The notes under the pieces: generated by a model | What the model saw: the letters and a program-made list of their open reading frames with translations, nothing else | Databases searched by the model: none | What the model was told of the DNA's origin: nothing | NCBI GenBank assembly: GCA_038214755.1 | Contig: JBBQRQ010000003.1 | Span: 55,059 to 119,058, forward strand | Source of the DNA: Verrucomicrobiota bacterium | GTDB taxonomy: Bacteria; Verrucomicrobiota; Verrucomicrobiia; Limisphaerales; CANJXF01 | DNA: 64,000 nucleotides | Reading direction: 5' to 3' | Part shown: positions 10,044 through 19,874 of the stretch, piece by piece | Numbering within the stretch: position 1 is the stretch's first letter | How the letters are laid out: every line of letters begins with the position of its first letter | Position numbers and translations under genes: made by a program

Positions 10044-10400
10044 CACAATCAACTCGGCGCGAAAACTTTGTTCGCAACCCATTACCATGAACTGACCGAA
10101 CTGGCCGCGCGTTTGCCGCGCCTCAAAAATTTCAACGTCGCGGTCCGCGAATGGAACGATCAAATTGTTTTCCTGCGAAAAATTGTCGAAGGCGGCGCGG
10201 ACAAAAGTTACGGCATTCAAGTGGCGCGCCTCGCCGGTGTTCCCAAATCGGTGTTGGAACGAGCCAAGGAAGTTTTGCGGAATCTCGAAGACTCCGAACT
10301 CACGCCCGAAGGGAAGATTCGATCCTCATCGCCGCTGCGGGCCGAGCGTGAAAAGCTAAAAAAACTACCTCCCTCTTTGCAGATGGATTTATTCGGCTAG
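10044..10400 (+). pseudogene. mutS: MutS C-terminal fragment
   Basis: [28 protein letters not shown] and a terminal beta-clamp-type motif QMDLF. Only the last ~118 codons are present. Confidence 0.9.
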
Positions 10401-10573
10401 GAAAAAATAGAGCGCCCTTTGCGCCAATGGAGTCAACACGGCGAGCGGGCTCGGAGCCGTTCTCAACTTTGCCGCTTGATGCAAAAATAAAATTTTAACT
10501 TCTGCTTCCCACTTTCGCGACGGGCTGTTAGGGGTAACTCCGAAATCCGTTTGGATTTCCGGCGCAAATTAAA

Positions 10574-12619
10574 ATGGATTCCAAACCGATCAAAGTTTTG
10601 TTGGTGGAGGACAACCCCGATGACGTTGCTCTTCTGGAAATCGCTTTGCGGAAATCCTCCGGAGCGCGATTTCAACTCGAATCCGTTGAGAGTCTGCAAA
10701 AAGCTTTGGCGCGATTAGAGCGGGGAAATATCGACGTCATCCTGCTTGATTTATCTCTAGTGGATAGTCGAGTTCTTGAAACTTTTTCGGTCCTTCAGGC
10801 CAAGGCCCCTGAAGTTCCCATCATCGTCCTGAGCGGGCTGGATGATGAAACGATGGCCCTCAACGCTGTTCACGCGGGGGCGCAGGATTATCTGGTCAAA
10901 GGCCGGGTTGACAGCCAACTCATCAGCCGCTCGATGATTTACGCCATTGAACGGGCGCAAGCTAAAGTCGCTCTGTTTAAAGCGGAGGAAAAATTTCGCA
11001 GCATTTTCGAAAATGCGGTGGAAGGAATTTTTCAAACGACCCCGGACGGACGCTATTTGAGCGCGAATCCGGCGCTCACGCGGATTTATGGATATAGCTC
11101 GCCGGAAGAATTAATAGCGTCCCTGACCAACATCGAAAAATCACTGTATGTCGATCCACATCGGCGCGCGGATTTTATCAAGTTGATGCAGGAGAATGGC
11201 GTGGTAACAGATTTTGAATCTCAAATTTATCGCAAGGACGGGAGCATCATCTGGATTTCTGAAAATGCGCGGGCGGTGCGGGACCAGCAGGGGAAACTGA
11301 TCTATTACGAAGGGTTGGTTGAAGACATTACCAAACGAAAATTGACGGAAGAAACGCTGCGGTTTTCCGAGATGCGATTTCGTTCGGTTTGGGAAAATGC
11401 GTCCGATGGAATGCGTTTGACCGACGCGCACGGAACTATTCTCGCGGTCAATTCCTCCTTTTGTAAAATCGTTGGAATGTCTGCGGAGGAACTGGAAGGC
11501 AAACCGTTCACCGCCGTTTATTCAGAGCAGGAAGACCTCGCCGAGATGGTGGAAAAATATAAAGAACGATTCGCCGAAAGAAAAATTGACACCCAATTGG
11601 AACGGCACGTGATCTTTCGCTCCGGCAAGTCCGCCGATCTGGAATTGTCCAATTCGTTCGTCGCTCTGGCGCATAAAGATTCGTTGCTCCTCAGTGTCTT
11701 TCACGACATCACCGTGCGGCGTCAAGCAGAGGAGCGCGCGCGCCAGGCCAACCTTGAACTGGCCCGCAGTCAGGCTGAGTTGCGCAAAAAAAATGAGATG
11801 ATGGAAGATGACCTGCTCATGGCGCACGAAATCCAGCAGGCCATTCTTCCGCAGCAATACCCAACCTTCCCGCCCGAGGTGGCCCCTGAAAAGAGTTTGA
11901 TTCGATTCTGTCATCGTTATCACCCGACCGGCCAGGTGGGCGGGGATTTTTTCACGGTGTTGCCGCTGTCCGAAACCAAAGCCGGCTTGTTTATTTGCGA
12001 CGTGATGGGTCACGGCGTTCGCTCCGCGCTGGTCACGGCGATGGTGCGAGCGATGGTTGAGGAATTAAAATCAGTCGCGGCAGATCCAGGCGAATTGTTG
12101 GCGCGCATTAATCGGGATCTTCGCGCCATTCTGCAGCAGACGGGAACGCCGCTGTTCACCACCGCTTTTTATCTCATCGCTGATGTCGAGAGCCGTCAAT
12201 TTTTTTACGCCAATGCCGGGCATCCCAAACCTTTTTTGATTCATCGCGGATCAAACACGGTCGAATTGTTGAAAAATGCCGACGGAAAATCGCGACCGGC
12301 TTTGGGCCTTTTGCAAGACTCGGTTTATCCCACGGCCCGTGTGCCGATGCTCCCCGGCGATCTGGTGATGCTTTTTACCGACGGCCTTTATGAAATCGAA
12401 GGCGCAGATGAAGAACAATACAACCCGGACCTTTTATTATTAGCGGTGAAAAAACATTCGGAAAAATCGTGCGCCGATTTGTTTGACGCGCTTCTGGCGG
12501 AGGTGCAAAAGTTTTCCACGACCAAAGAATTTGCGGATGACGTTTGTCTGGTCGCGGTGGAAATTGCCGAGGCGCTTCCTCCTCCGTGCAATCCTGCGCT
12601 CCAACGCATCCTGCCGTAG
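10574..12619 (+). CDS. REC-PAS-PAS-SpoIIE (PP2C-type) phosphatase
   Basis: N-terminal receiver (LLVEDN, LLDLSL, GAQDYLVK), two PAS domains, VGGDFF, DVMGHG, NAGHP, FTDGL, DDVCL. Confidence 0.92.
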   Translation: MDSKPIKVLLVEDNPDDVALLEIALRKSSGARFQLESVESLQKALARLERGNIDVILLDLSLVDSRVLETFSVLQAKAPEVPIIVLSGLDDETMALNAVHAGAQDYLVKGRVDSQLISRSMIYAIERAQAKVALFKAEEKFRSIFENAVEGIFQTTPDGRYLSANPALTRIYGYSSPEELIASLTNIEKSLYVDPHRRADFIKLMQENGVVTDFESQIYRKDGSIIWISENARAVRDQQGKLIYYEGLVEDITKRKLTEETLRFSEMRFRSVWENASDGMRLTDAHGTILAVNSSFCKIVGMSAEELEGKPFTAVYSEQEDLAEMVEKYKERFAERKIDTQLERHVIFRSGKSADLELSNSFVALAHKDSLLLSVFHDITVRRQAEERARQANLELARSQAELRKKNEMMEDDLLMAHEIQQAILPQQYPTFPPEVAPEKSLIRFCHRYHPTGQVGGDFFTVLPLSETKAGLFICDVMGHGVRSALVTAMVRAMVEELKSVAADPGELLARINRDLRAILQQTGTPLFTTAFYLIADVESRQFFYANAGHPKPFLIHRGSNTVELLKNADGKSRPALGLLQDSVYPTARVPMLPGDLVMLFTDGLYEIEGADEEQYNPDLLLLAVKKHSEKSCADLFDALLAEVQKFSTTKEFADDVCLVAVEIAEALPPPCNPALQRILP

Positions 12620-12741
12620 CGCAGGTTTTCCACCTGCGGGGCGCTGCCAAAACCGGAGATTTTCGAACGGAATACTTTCTTTTATTTGCAACGTTCCGCC
12701 GGTTTCAAACCGGCGATACAGCAGGATACATCCTGCGCTAC
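12616..12741. repeat. GTAG-type REP doublet
   Basis: gtagcgcaggttttccacctgc ... gcaggatacatcctgcgctac; the GTAG overlaps the upstream stop codon. Confidence 0.8.
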
Positions 12742-12829
12742 GTGACCTTCACCTGAGTCACGCCGGATCATCGCGCCTATTGACAACGCTGCTTGATGAG
12801 CCGAAATTTTTTTCGTTAAGGAGAATTTT

Positions 12830-13240
12830 ATGAAACAAGTTTTTAATTTCGCAATCGGCCTCTCGGTCTCTTTGGCTCTCAACGCATTTGCGCAAACGAC
12901 CACGGGTCCGGCTCCTGTCGCAGCAACAGCGCGTCCGGTCACTGGTCTGGCGCCAAACGCGGTTTCTGGTTTTGCGCCAAAGCCGGTGAGTGGGTTTACG
13001 TCGCGGCCCGTCAGCGGATTTTCGCAATCGCCAGTGACAGGCTTCGCCAATCAACCTGCATCGTCACCGATAACTACTGCATCGCCGTTGTCCTCTCCCA
13101 TCTCGGGAAATAATCCGCTGGCGCGTCCCAATGTTCTCACGCCCAGTCCAAACGTTGTCGTCGTGCCGCAAACTCGCCTTGCTCCGGCGCGTCCGGTTTT
13201 CACGACGGGAACGAATCGCATTTTGACTCCGTTGTTTTGA
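12830..13240 (+). CDS. Small secreted protein with five 8-aa repeats
   Basis: aggag RBS, signal peptide (…ALNAFA-Q), repeats PVTGLAPN/AVSGFAPK/PVSGFTSR/PVSGFSQS/PVTGFANQ. Confidence 0.75.
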   Translation: MKQVFNFAIGLSVSLALNAFAQTTTGPAPVAATARPVTGLAPNAVSGFAPKPVSGFTSRPVSGFSQSPVTGFANQPASSPITTASPLSSPISGNNPLARPNVLTPSPNVVVVPQTRLAPARPVFTTGTNRILTPLF

Positions 13241-13264
13241 AATTAAGGGCGTGTTGCCCAAACC

Positions 13265-13393
13265 GTAGGGCAGGCTTTCGAGCCTGCCGGTTACGAAACT
13301 TTCCAGTTTCGTGAAAATAAGTTGAGGTTTTTTCACACATATCCGCGGGACTAGAAAGTCCCCGGAACCGGCAGGCTGGAAAGCCTGCCCCAC
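13265..13393. repeat. GTAG-type REP doublet
   Basis: gtagggcaggctttcgagcctgccgg ... ccggcaggctggaaagcctgccccac; a half copy also at ~3258-3285. Confidence 0.8.
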
Positions 13394-13425
13394 AATCTAT
13401 GGAAAAACATTTGGCCAACGCGCCC

Positions 13426-13803
13426 TTAAGTTCCGCTCTTGGCGAAATTGGGGTTTTGCGCGAACGCGAATTCGGAGACAATTTTTCCTTCGATTAAATG
13501 TTCTTGAATGATGCGTTCCAACACGGCGGGCGAACAGGAGTGATACCACGTGCCCTCGGGATAAACGACGGCGATTGGCCCGTTTTGACAAACGCGAAGG
13601 CAATTGACTTTGCTGCGATAAACCAACGGTTCGGCTCCAGCGAGATTGAGTTCCTTCAATCTTTTCTTTAAAAATTCCCAGGACTCCAATCCTTCTTTTT
13701 TCGCGCAACATTTTGGTTCGGTTTGGTCCGCGCAGAGGAAGATATGCCGCGTATATCGGGTCAGACCCAACGTTTCTGCCGCATTGATTAATTCGTTTTT
13801 CAT
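13426..13803 (-). CDS. Thioredoxin-like (2Fe-2S) ferredoxin
   Basis: HIFLC...KCC...[20 protein letters not shown]. Confidence 0.9.
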   Translation of the reverse strand: MKNELINAAETLGLTRYTRHIFLCADQTEPKCCAKKEGLESWEFLKKRLKELNLAGAEPLVYRSKVNCLRVCQNGPIAVVYPEGTWYHSCSPAVLERIIQEHLIEGKIVSEFAFAQNPNFAKSGT

Positions 13804-13847
13804 TCGGCGATACTGTCAAAATTCTTGAACCGGGATTTGCGCTGGAC

Positions 13848-13956
13848 GTAGCGCAGCTTTGCAAGCTGCTGTATCGCCGGTTTGCAACCGGCAGTGCTTG
13901 GCCACGGTCCAGCAGGTTGCAAACCTGCGATACGGCAGGTTAAAAACCTGCGCTAC
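13848..13956. repeat. GTAG-type REP doublet
   Basis: gtagcgcagctttgcaagctgc ... gcaggttaaaaacctgcgctac; close copy at 17285-17399. Confidence 0.85.
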
Positions 13957-13972
13957 GTTTTTTTTGGAGCGA

Positions 13973-14800
13973 TTAAAGTCCTCGTTCCGTCGGTGACCAA
14001 ACTATTCCCGGCAAAGAGTCGGCGCGTTCATCGCGTTTTGGCGTGTGATGAAGAGCTTTTTCGGAACGCGCCAGCAAATCAAGCAACGCATCCGCCACCG
14101 CTTTCGGCGACTCCAAAGGCGACGCATGTCCGACACCGGGAAGTTCAATATAATTTGCTCCGGGAATAATTTGAGAAAGTTGCCGGGCGCGATCCGGTGG
14201 AATTATTTTGTCCTCGGCTCCATGCAGAATCAAAGTGGGCACGCCCAACTTTTTTGCGATCTCAGTGCGATCCGGCCGCCGCGCCATCGCTTCCAGCGCC
14301 CAACACATTCCATCGACGCCCGCACGCTCTGCGCCGTCCAGCGCGATCCGGTTCAATTCGGCTTTGCTTTGATTTGCCGCCGCAAAAAGTTTTGGCAGCA
14401 AAGCGTCCACCGCAGGTTTGGTCCCTTCGCGACGAACTTTTTCAATCAGAGTTCGGCGCGCTTGCTTTCCTTCGTCCGAATCCGCCGCCGTTTGCGTGCT
14501 GATCAATCCGAGTCCCGCCACGCGCTCGCTGTGCCGCTCGGCCAAGGCGAGCGCCACATATCCGCCCAGGGACATTCCCGCGACAACGGCCTGACGAATT
14601 CCATGAAGCTCGAATATTTTGGCGAGATCATCCGCCGTCAAATCGAGGGAAGGATCGCCTGTTAAAACTGGTTGAGACCCAAAACCGGGAAGATCAGGCG
14701 TAATTATTTTCGTTTTACTTTTGAGCGCGGCCACCACCGGATTCCACATCGTGTGATCGAAGGGATAACCGTGAATTAAAATCAAAGGAGGCAGGGGCAT
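13973..14800 (-). CDS. Alpha/beta-fold hydrolase
   Basis: LIHGYP, PDLPGFG, GMSLGG nucleophile elbow, HGAEDKII, GVGH. Confidence 0.9.
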   Translation of the reverse strand: MPLPPLILIHGYPFDHTMWNPVVAALKSKTKIITPDLPGFGSQPVLTGDPSLDLTADDLAKIFELHGIRQAVVAGMSLGGYVALALAERHSERVAGLGLISTQTAADSDEGKQARRTLIEKVRREGTKPAVDALLPKLFAAANQSKAELNRIALDGAERAGVDGMCWALEAMARRPDRTEIAKKLGVPTLILHGAEDKIIPPDRARQLSQIIPGANYIELPGVGHASPLESPKAVADALLDLLARSEKALHHTPKRDERADSLPGIVWSPTERGL

Positions 14801-14856
14801 GGAATTGGATGATTGGATTGTTGGATTCTTGGATAGTTGGTTGGGAAGAATTTTTG

Positions 14857-16287
14857 CTACACGTTTTTATTTCTTCGATGCGAAGATTTGTTGCCCAATT
14901 CGCCAAAATATTTTTCCCACGTTTCCGTTTGCTCAGGCGATGCATCAAATGGATCGAGCAGATGCAGCGACTCGCCACCGTCCGCTCCCGTAATTTCCCA
15001 ATCGATATAATAATCAACCGATTGTTTTCGCAAAAGTTGCATGGCACGAGAGCGAACTTGCGCGCGCGTATTTTGTGGCGGAATCATTTTCGCTTCCACG
15101 ATTTCCTCGTCAGGAATTTTCCACGCGGCGGGAGTTTGCGCTAGCGCCAGCCCGAGACTGCGCGCGGGATCGACGTTATGAAATTCCAAATCCTGCGACT
15201 TCAACCACGGATGGCTCCAATCAATTTTCTCCTGCTCCTTGAATTGATTTAAAAGCCAGTGCTTGGTGATCCAATCCACCTGGCCGATGAGTTCGTCAGG
15301 TTTGCGGGCCAGCGAATCGAGCGTCGCGCCCCAAATTTTTAACAGGTCATCCGTCTCCTTGTCGCGCCCGCGAAGCTCGGCCCGCGCCGCCTCGTGATAT
15401 TGCTGCAAAATCCCGACCGCTTCCAAACATCGACCGTCGCTCAACGGGACGAGCCACGGGCCGGTGAGTTGATGAGCGAGCGTGCGAAACGTCATCACTG
15501 CATCGGCCAACATTATTTTTGGCAGGCAATCGAGTTCGAACAAATCCAGCACAAGCGAAGTCGTCCCCACTTTCAAAAGAAGCGTGGCCGGCAAGACATT
15601 GGTGTCGCCGTGCAAAAGATGGAGGCGTCGATACTTCCGAGCGTCGGCCAGCGGTTCGTCGCGAGTATTGATGATGGCGCGATTGAATTGGACCCATTCA
15701 AAAAGATCGTTGTTGATGTAATCGGCGCGCTGGCTGATCTGAAAAACATTGTCCGCGCCAGGCCGGGTGAATTCTCCGCGAGACTCCGCCGCCAGCGTCG
15801 CGCCAACCCGTCCTGCGCTGACGTAAAGAAGTCGCAAAGTAAGAAACGCCAGCAGTGAATGGACATTGGTTTCCGTCAGAGGAGCCGAGCGGCGCACCAG
15901 ATAATTTTCGTGGCAGCCGAAAGTCGCGCCGGAATAATGATCGATATTGTTCCGAATGAAACTTACGTCTCGATCCAGCCGCAAATCTTTCAACGCGTCC
16001 AACAGAATGGCGTCGCCCGCCTGATCGTAACGAAGCACATCCAGGAGCGACATGCATTCGGGCGTGCAATATTCCAAATGCCCCATGTCGATGTAAGCGC
16101 GTCCGCCATTGAAAAGAAAACCGCCATTGCCCGCTGGCTCGTCCCAATCCCGCTGATGAACATCGATCAGGCCATGACGTTGCTCGCGAAAAATCCAGTC
16201 GCGCACCCGCGTCACCGCGCCGGGAATGCCTGGCGTATCGTTTGTTAAACAGCCGTATTCGGTTTCAAGTCCAACCACGCGATTCAT
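14857..16287 (-). CDS. pafA: PafA-like (Pup/UBact) protein ligase
   Basis: GLETEYG, NGGRAYID, GCHENY, QISQRAD, TRDEPLAD, RRLH. Lacks the Dop-type DHAHPEYS motif. Confidence 0.85.
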   Translation of the reverse strand: MNRVVGLETEYGCLTNDTPGIPGAVTRVRDWIFREQRHGLIDVHQRDWDEPAGNGGFLFNGGRAYIDMGHLEYCTPECMSLLDVLRYDQAGDAILLDALKDLRLDRDVSFIRNNIDHYSGATFGCHENYLVRRSAPLTETNVHSLLAFLTLRLLYVSAGRVGATLAAESRGEFTRPGADNVFQISQRADYINNDLFEWVQFNRAIINTRDEPLADARKYRRLHLLHGDTNVLPATLLLKVGTTSLVLDLFELDCLPKIMLADAVMTFRTLAHQLTGPWLVPLSDGRCLEAVGILQQYHEAARAELRGRDKETDDLLKIWGATLDSLARKPDELIGQVDWITKHWLLNQFKEQEKIDWSHPWLKSQDLEFHNVDPARSLGLALAQTPAAWKIPDEEIVEAKMIPPQNTRAQVRSRAMQLLRKQSVDYYIDWEITGADGGESLHLLDPFDASPEQTETWEKYFGELGNKSSHRRNKNV

Positions 16288-16312
16288 AAAACGCTTAACT
16301 TGTGCGCACCTT

Positions 16313-16426
16313 CACTGCTACCAAAGTAGAGGGGCAGACATCCTGTCTGCCAAGGGGTTTCCAGCCCCAAAGACAACGATTCGCGGGCAAGATGCCCGCT
16401 TGACAGGCTGGCAGCCTGCTCCACTA
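16313..16426. repeat. REP-type element, inverted copy of 18502-18615
   Basis: Aligns by eye over ~110 bp with the reverse complement of 18502-18615. Confidence 0.85.
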
Positions 16427-16486
16427 TTCGTCCCAGCGTAGCAGTGGCAAGATACGCATCCTTCACTCCGTTCCGAAAAAATTCGG

Positions 16487-17224
16487 CTACAAATTCAAGT
16501 CCGCCAGGGTCAAAGATTCGTAACGCGCCAGCCGCGAGGTTTTTCGCGCGAGCCATCCTAGTTCGACGACTTTATCTTTCACTGCTTCCTTCCAGCCGGC
16601 GCGACGCTCTTCTTCCGATGGCACGGACTCAAAAGATTTATTGGCGATCAAACACCACCATGCCTGCAAAAGAAGATCAGCCATTTCGTCGCGCGAATTT
16701 TTTCCTTTGGCCGCTTCACTCAACCATTTGTGCGCGGCGGACTCAGCCTCCGTCTGGCTGGCCGCGATGGCGATACCGCCATTTTGGGTTTGATAGGAAC
16801 CATCGAAATGGAGCCGGACAATCAAATCGTGCTCGGGCGCGAGACCAATTTCCACCAGCAGCAATTCAACGAGAAACGGCGCGCTGAAGATTTGTTCGAA
16901 ATTAATTTTAAGTTGCGGGCTTAATCCGAAACTGACCAGGCGGCGCAGGCTCACATCTTCGGGCGCGCGGGTGAATGCTTCCATGTGCGCGGCGTCGATG
17001 GCGGCCTGGCGAATTTTCTCGATGTCAGCAGGATGGCCAAGTCCGGCCAGCGCGTGACGATCGAACAACTCAAAAACTTTCGATTGGCCGCCGCCGACAC
17101 CGAGCAGAAGAATTCCGTCGGGCAGACTCGCGGCGAAAACGGGCGAACCGCCCTTGAGTTGCTCGCGCACGTACTCGCGGCGATTCCCGACTGCTTCCAG
17201 CCAACGATATGGTTCTTCGGTCAT
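16487..17224 (-). CDS. prcA: 20S proteasome alpha subunit
   Basis: N-terminal PY...RREYVREQLKGGSPV, SKVFELFDR, GHPADIEKIR; lies between prcB and pafA. Confidence 0.88.
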   Translation of the reverse strand: MTEEPYRWLEAVGNRREYVREQLKGGSPVFAASLPDGILLLGVGGGQSKVFELFDRHALAGLGHPADIEKIRQAAIDAAHMEAFTRAPEDVSLRRLVSFGLSPQLKINFEQIFSAPFLVELLLVEIGLAPEHDLIVRLHFDGSYQTQNGGIAIAASQTEAESAAHKWLSEAAKGKNSRDEMADLLLQAWWCLIANKSFESVPSEEERRAGWKEAVKDKVVELGWLARKTSRLARYESLTLADLNL

Positions 17225-17231
17225 TTGTTAA

Positions 17232-17430
17232 ATTTACGATTTACGATTTACGATTTACGATTCACGCAGATTTTGCATTCGATCGTAGCGCAGCTTTGCA
17301 AGCCGCTGTATCTCCGATTTGCAATCGGCAGGACGCTGGATTGAGCGACAGCCTACAGGTTGCAAACCTGTGATACGGCAGGTTAAAAACCTGCGCTACG
17401 ATTTTCACGATTCAACGATTCAACGATTTA
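17232..17430. repeat. Heptamer tandem repeats (gatttac/gattcaac) flanking a GTAG REP doublet
   Basis: atttacg x4 at 17232-17260, REP at 17285-17399, gattcaac repeats at 17409-17430. Confidence 0.8.
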
Positions 17431-18207
17431 CGCCGACATTTTCAAAAATTCTTTCTGCTGTTCTTCCGTGATTGTTTCGACTCCAGTCGGCCGTAAAAGT
17501 TTTATCGTCGCAAAAGTTTCCGTCGCCGGATTGACGCCGCCAGTGGCTGAGTCGAATTCCGACGCGGTCATCAAAATTCGCAACGCGAACTGCACGGCCT
17601 GGTTGAGATTCATTTCCGATGGACGCGGGTTGCCGTGACTCTCTTGAAAACTCAAAATGCTGCGAATCGTTCCTGAGCCAGAGCCGGACGCCGCGTAACC
17701 GACCGCTTGAAATTGCGCGCCGAGTGGATCGTAAAAATAAACCTGCGGCTTGGCCGGGGAAGCAGCGTGATCGAGTCCCGCGAAAAGCGGGACCACCACT
17801 CCCACGCCCTGCATCGTCATCGGCAAGTTGTCGCGCAACAATCTGGCCAGCGCGCGGACTTTTGCGGGAAGGCTCAGCGCCTGCAATTGGCTGCGCCGAT
17901 AATATTCAAAAGAAGTTTGCAGCACGCGCGCCATTTCAAAAGCTGTCGCCGGAACGCCCGCAATCGCGAGCAACGACGTGGAATCGATCTCAATGATTTT
18001 ATCAACACGGTCGGTGACGATGACATTGCCTGCCGTCGCTCGACGGTCACCCGCCATCAAAATTCCTTCGGCGAAATGAAATGCGAAAACTGTCGTCGCT
18101 TGCGTTTGTACGGGAGCGTCGCCGGAAATTTCCGAACGAACGGGCGACAGTTTGTGCTCGGAGAGAAGCGAAAGAAAATCTCCGGCGATCGAGGCAGTGG
18201 GACTCAT
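17428..18207 (-). CDS. prcB: 20S proteasome beta subunit
   Basis: 37-aa propeptide then TTVFAF...AGDRRATAG, DKI, GSGS, DSATGG. Confidence 0.92.
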   Translation of the reverse strand: MSPTASIAGDFLSLLSEHKLSPVRSEISGDAPVQTQATTVFAFHFAEGILMAGDRRATAGNVIVTDRVDKIIEIDSTSLLAIAGVPATAFEMARVLQTSFEYYRRSQLQALSLPAKVRALARLLRDNLPMTMQGVGVVVPLFAGLDHAASPAKPQVYFYDPLGAQFQAVGYAASGSGSGTIRSILSFQESHGNPRPSEMNLNQAVQFALRILMTASEFDSATGGVNPATETFATIKLLRPTGVETITEEQQKEFLKMSA

Positions 18208-18374
18208 TGGCCGGTGCGTTGCCGATAGCGTTTGGCTTGGTCGGGATCCACTTTGCGCATTCGTTTCAAAAGTTCTTCGGTGTTGGGCTTCTCGACTTTC
18301 GGCGCACTCGGGCCATCGCCGCCACCGCTGGGGCCGGGAGTCATCGGTCGGCTTTTTTGTGCTTGGTCGGGCAT
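18204..18374 (-). CDS. ubact: Ubiquitin-like modifier UBact (56 aa)
   Basis: LLKRMRKVDPDQAKRYRQRTGQ C-terminus; ATGA overlap with prcB. Confidence 0.92.
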   Translation of the reverse strand: MPDQAQKSRPMTPGPSGGGDGPSAPKVEKPNTEELLKRMRKVDPDQAKRYRQRTGQ

Positions 18375-18501
18375 AATTTTTTGATTGGTGTTACGACGAA
18401 TTGCTAAACCAAATTCGCAGAAAAATTTCATCTGACAAGCGGGGAAAACAGCGGCGCTCGCAGAGGGCGCATCTTGATACTACCACCAAAGTGATTCGAT
18501 G

Positions 18502-18876
18502 TAGTGGGGCAGGCTTCCAGCCTGCCAAACGGGCATCTTGCCCGCGAATCCTGCTCTTGGGGCTGGAAGCCCCGCAGGCAGACAAGATGTCTGCCCCACT
18601 ACTTTGGTGGTAGTGGCAAGATGCGCCGCTCGCAGACGGGACGCATCTCACTTTCTCGCGAATTTCTTTCGTCCCGGCGGGACGTTTGAGAATAGCCCGG
18701 CGTCTCAACGCAACGTCGCCGATATAAAATTAAGAGTCCCGGAGGGACGGCTGAGATGCGGATGCACTCCTTGGGAATTGTTTTTTCAGCCGTCCCTTTG
18801 GGACTCGTTCTTTTCCCACCACGACCCGGTCCCGCGCCTGCGGGACCGGGCTATTTTCGATTGTCCCTCCGGGACA
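18502..18876. repeat. Cluster of two REP families
   Basis: Element at 18502-18615, plus gtcccggagggac-type palindromes in inverted arrangement at 18671-18876. Confidence 0.8.
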
Positions 18877-18948
18877 ACGGCACTGGGGCACATCTTGCAA
18901 GAAACTGAGATGCGCACCTCGCAGACGCCGCGAGACGGCAAGAAAATT

Positions 18949-19722
18949 TTATTTGCTGATGCCACGTTCGCTGGTGCGGACAAACTCAATGAGATGTTTG
19001 AGTTCAGGTGACATGGCCAAATTGCTTTCGATTTGCGCAAGTGCGTTGGGGGTGGTCAGGCCATCGCGGAATAAAATTTTGTAAGCTTGCTTCAGCGCGG
19101 ATTGAACTTCGGCCGGAATTCCATTTCGTTCCATCCCGATTTTATTGATCGTGCGCGTTCCGGCGGGATTTCCGTCGGCCATCATGAACGGCGGAACATC
19201 CTGCACCACCTTCGAACAACCGCCGATGATCGACATTTTTCCGATGCGACAAAATTGATGAATCGCCGCCAAACCGCCGATGATCGCGTAATCTTCCACG
19301 GTCACGTGTCCGGCGAGAGTGGCGACGTTGGACATGATGACGTGATTTCCAATGGTAACGTTATGAGCGATGTGGGAATACGCTAGGATATGATTATACG
19401 AGCCGACTTTGGTGACTTCGCCATCGCCTGTGGCGCTGTTGACGGTGACGTATTCGCGAAAAACATTCTGGTCGCCAATTTCGGTTCGAGTGATTCCGCC
19501 TTTCCATTTCAAATCCTGGGTTTTCAAACCGATGCTGGCGAATGGAAATATTTCATTGCCGCTTCCGAGACAAGTGTGGCCGTCAATAACGACGTGGGAA
19601 TGCAACCGGCAATTTTCGCCGAGAGAAACATTTTCGGCGATGACGCAAAACGGGCCGATGAAACAGTCCGCCGCAATGCTGGCCTTGGGATGAACGATGG
19701 CAGAGGAATGAATTTCAGTCAT
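18949..19722 (-). CDS. lpxA: UDP-N-acetylglucosamine acyltransferase
   Basis: Hexapeptide repeats, QDLKW, HIAH, IHQFCRIG, DVPPF. Confidence 0.97.
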   Translation of the reverse strand: MTEIHSSAIVHPKASIAADCFIGPFCVIAENVSLGENCRLHSHVVIDGHTCLGSGNEIFPFASIGLKTQDLKWKGGITRTEIGDQNVFREYVTVNSATGDGEVTKVGSYNHILAYSHIAHNVTIGNHVIMSNVATLAGHVTVEDYAIIGGLAAIHQFCRIGKMSIIGGCSKVVQDVPPFMMADGNPAGTRTINKIGMERNGIPAEVQSALKQAYKILFRDGLTTPNALAQIESNLAMSPELKHLIEFVRTSERGISK

Positions 19723-19752
19723 AGATCGATTGCCGAAAAATTTTCAAAAAAA

Positions 19753-19823
19753 GGAACGCCGATTCCCCCATCGGCTCGGCGAAACGCTCAATTGCCATGC
19801 GCCGAACTGGAGTTCGGCGTTCC
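19753..19823. repeat. REP-like inverted repeat
   Basis: ggaacgccga...tcggcgttcc; same family as 54858-54932. Confidence 0.75.
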
Positions 19824-19874
19824 GTTTGCACGACGCCATTCCAGAAATTTATTTTGGCAACTCTTCTTTCCAAA

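Noticed and set aside
17232..17430. CRISPR array
   Set aside because: Repeats here and at 56083 are 7-8-bp tandems without unique spacers, and no cas genes are present.
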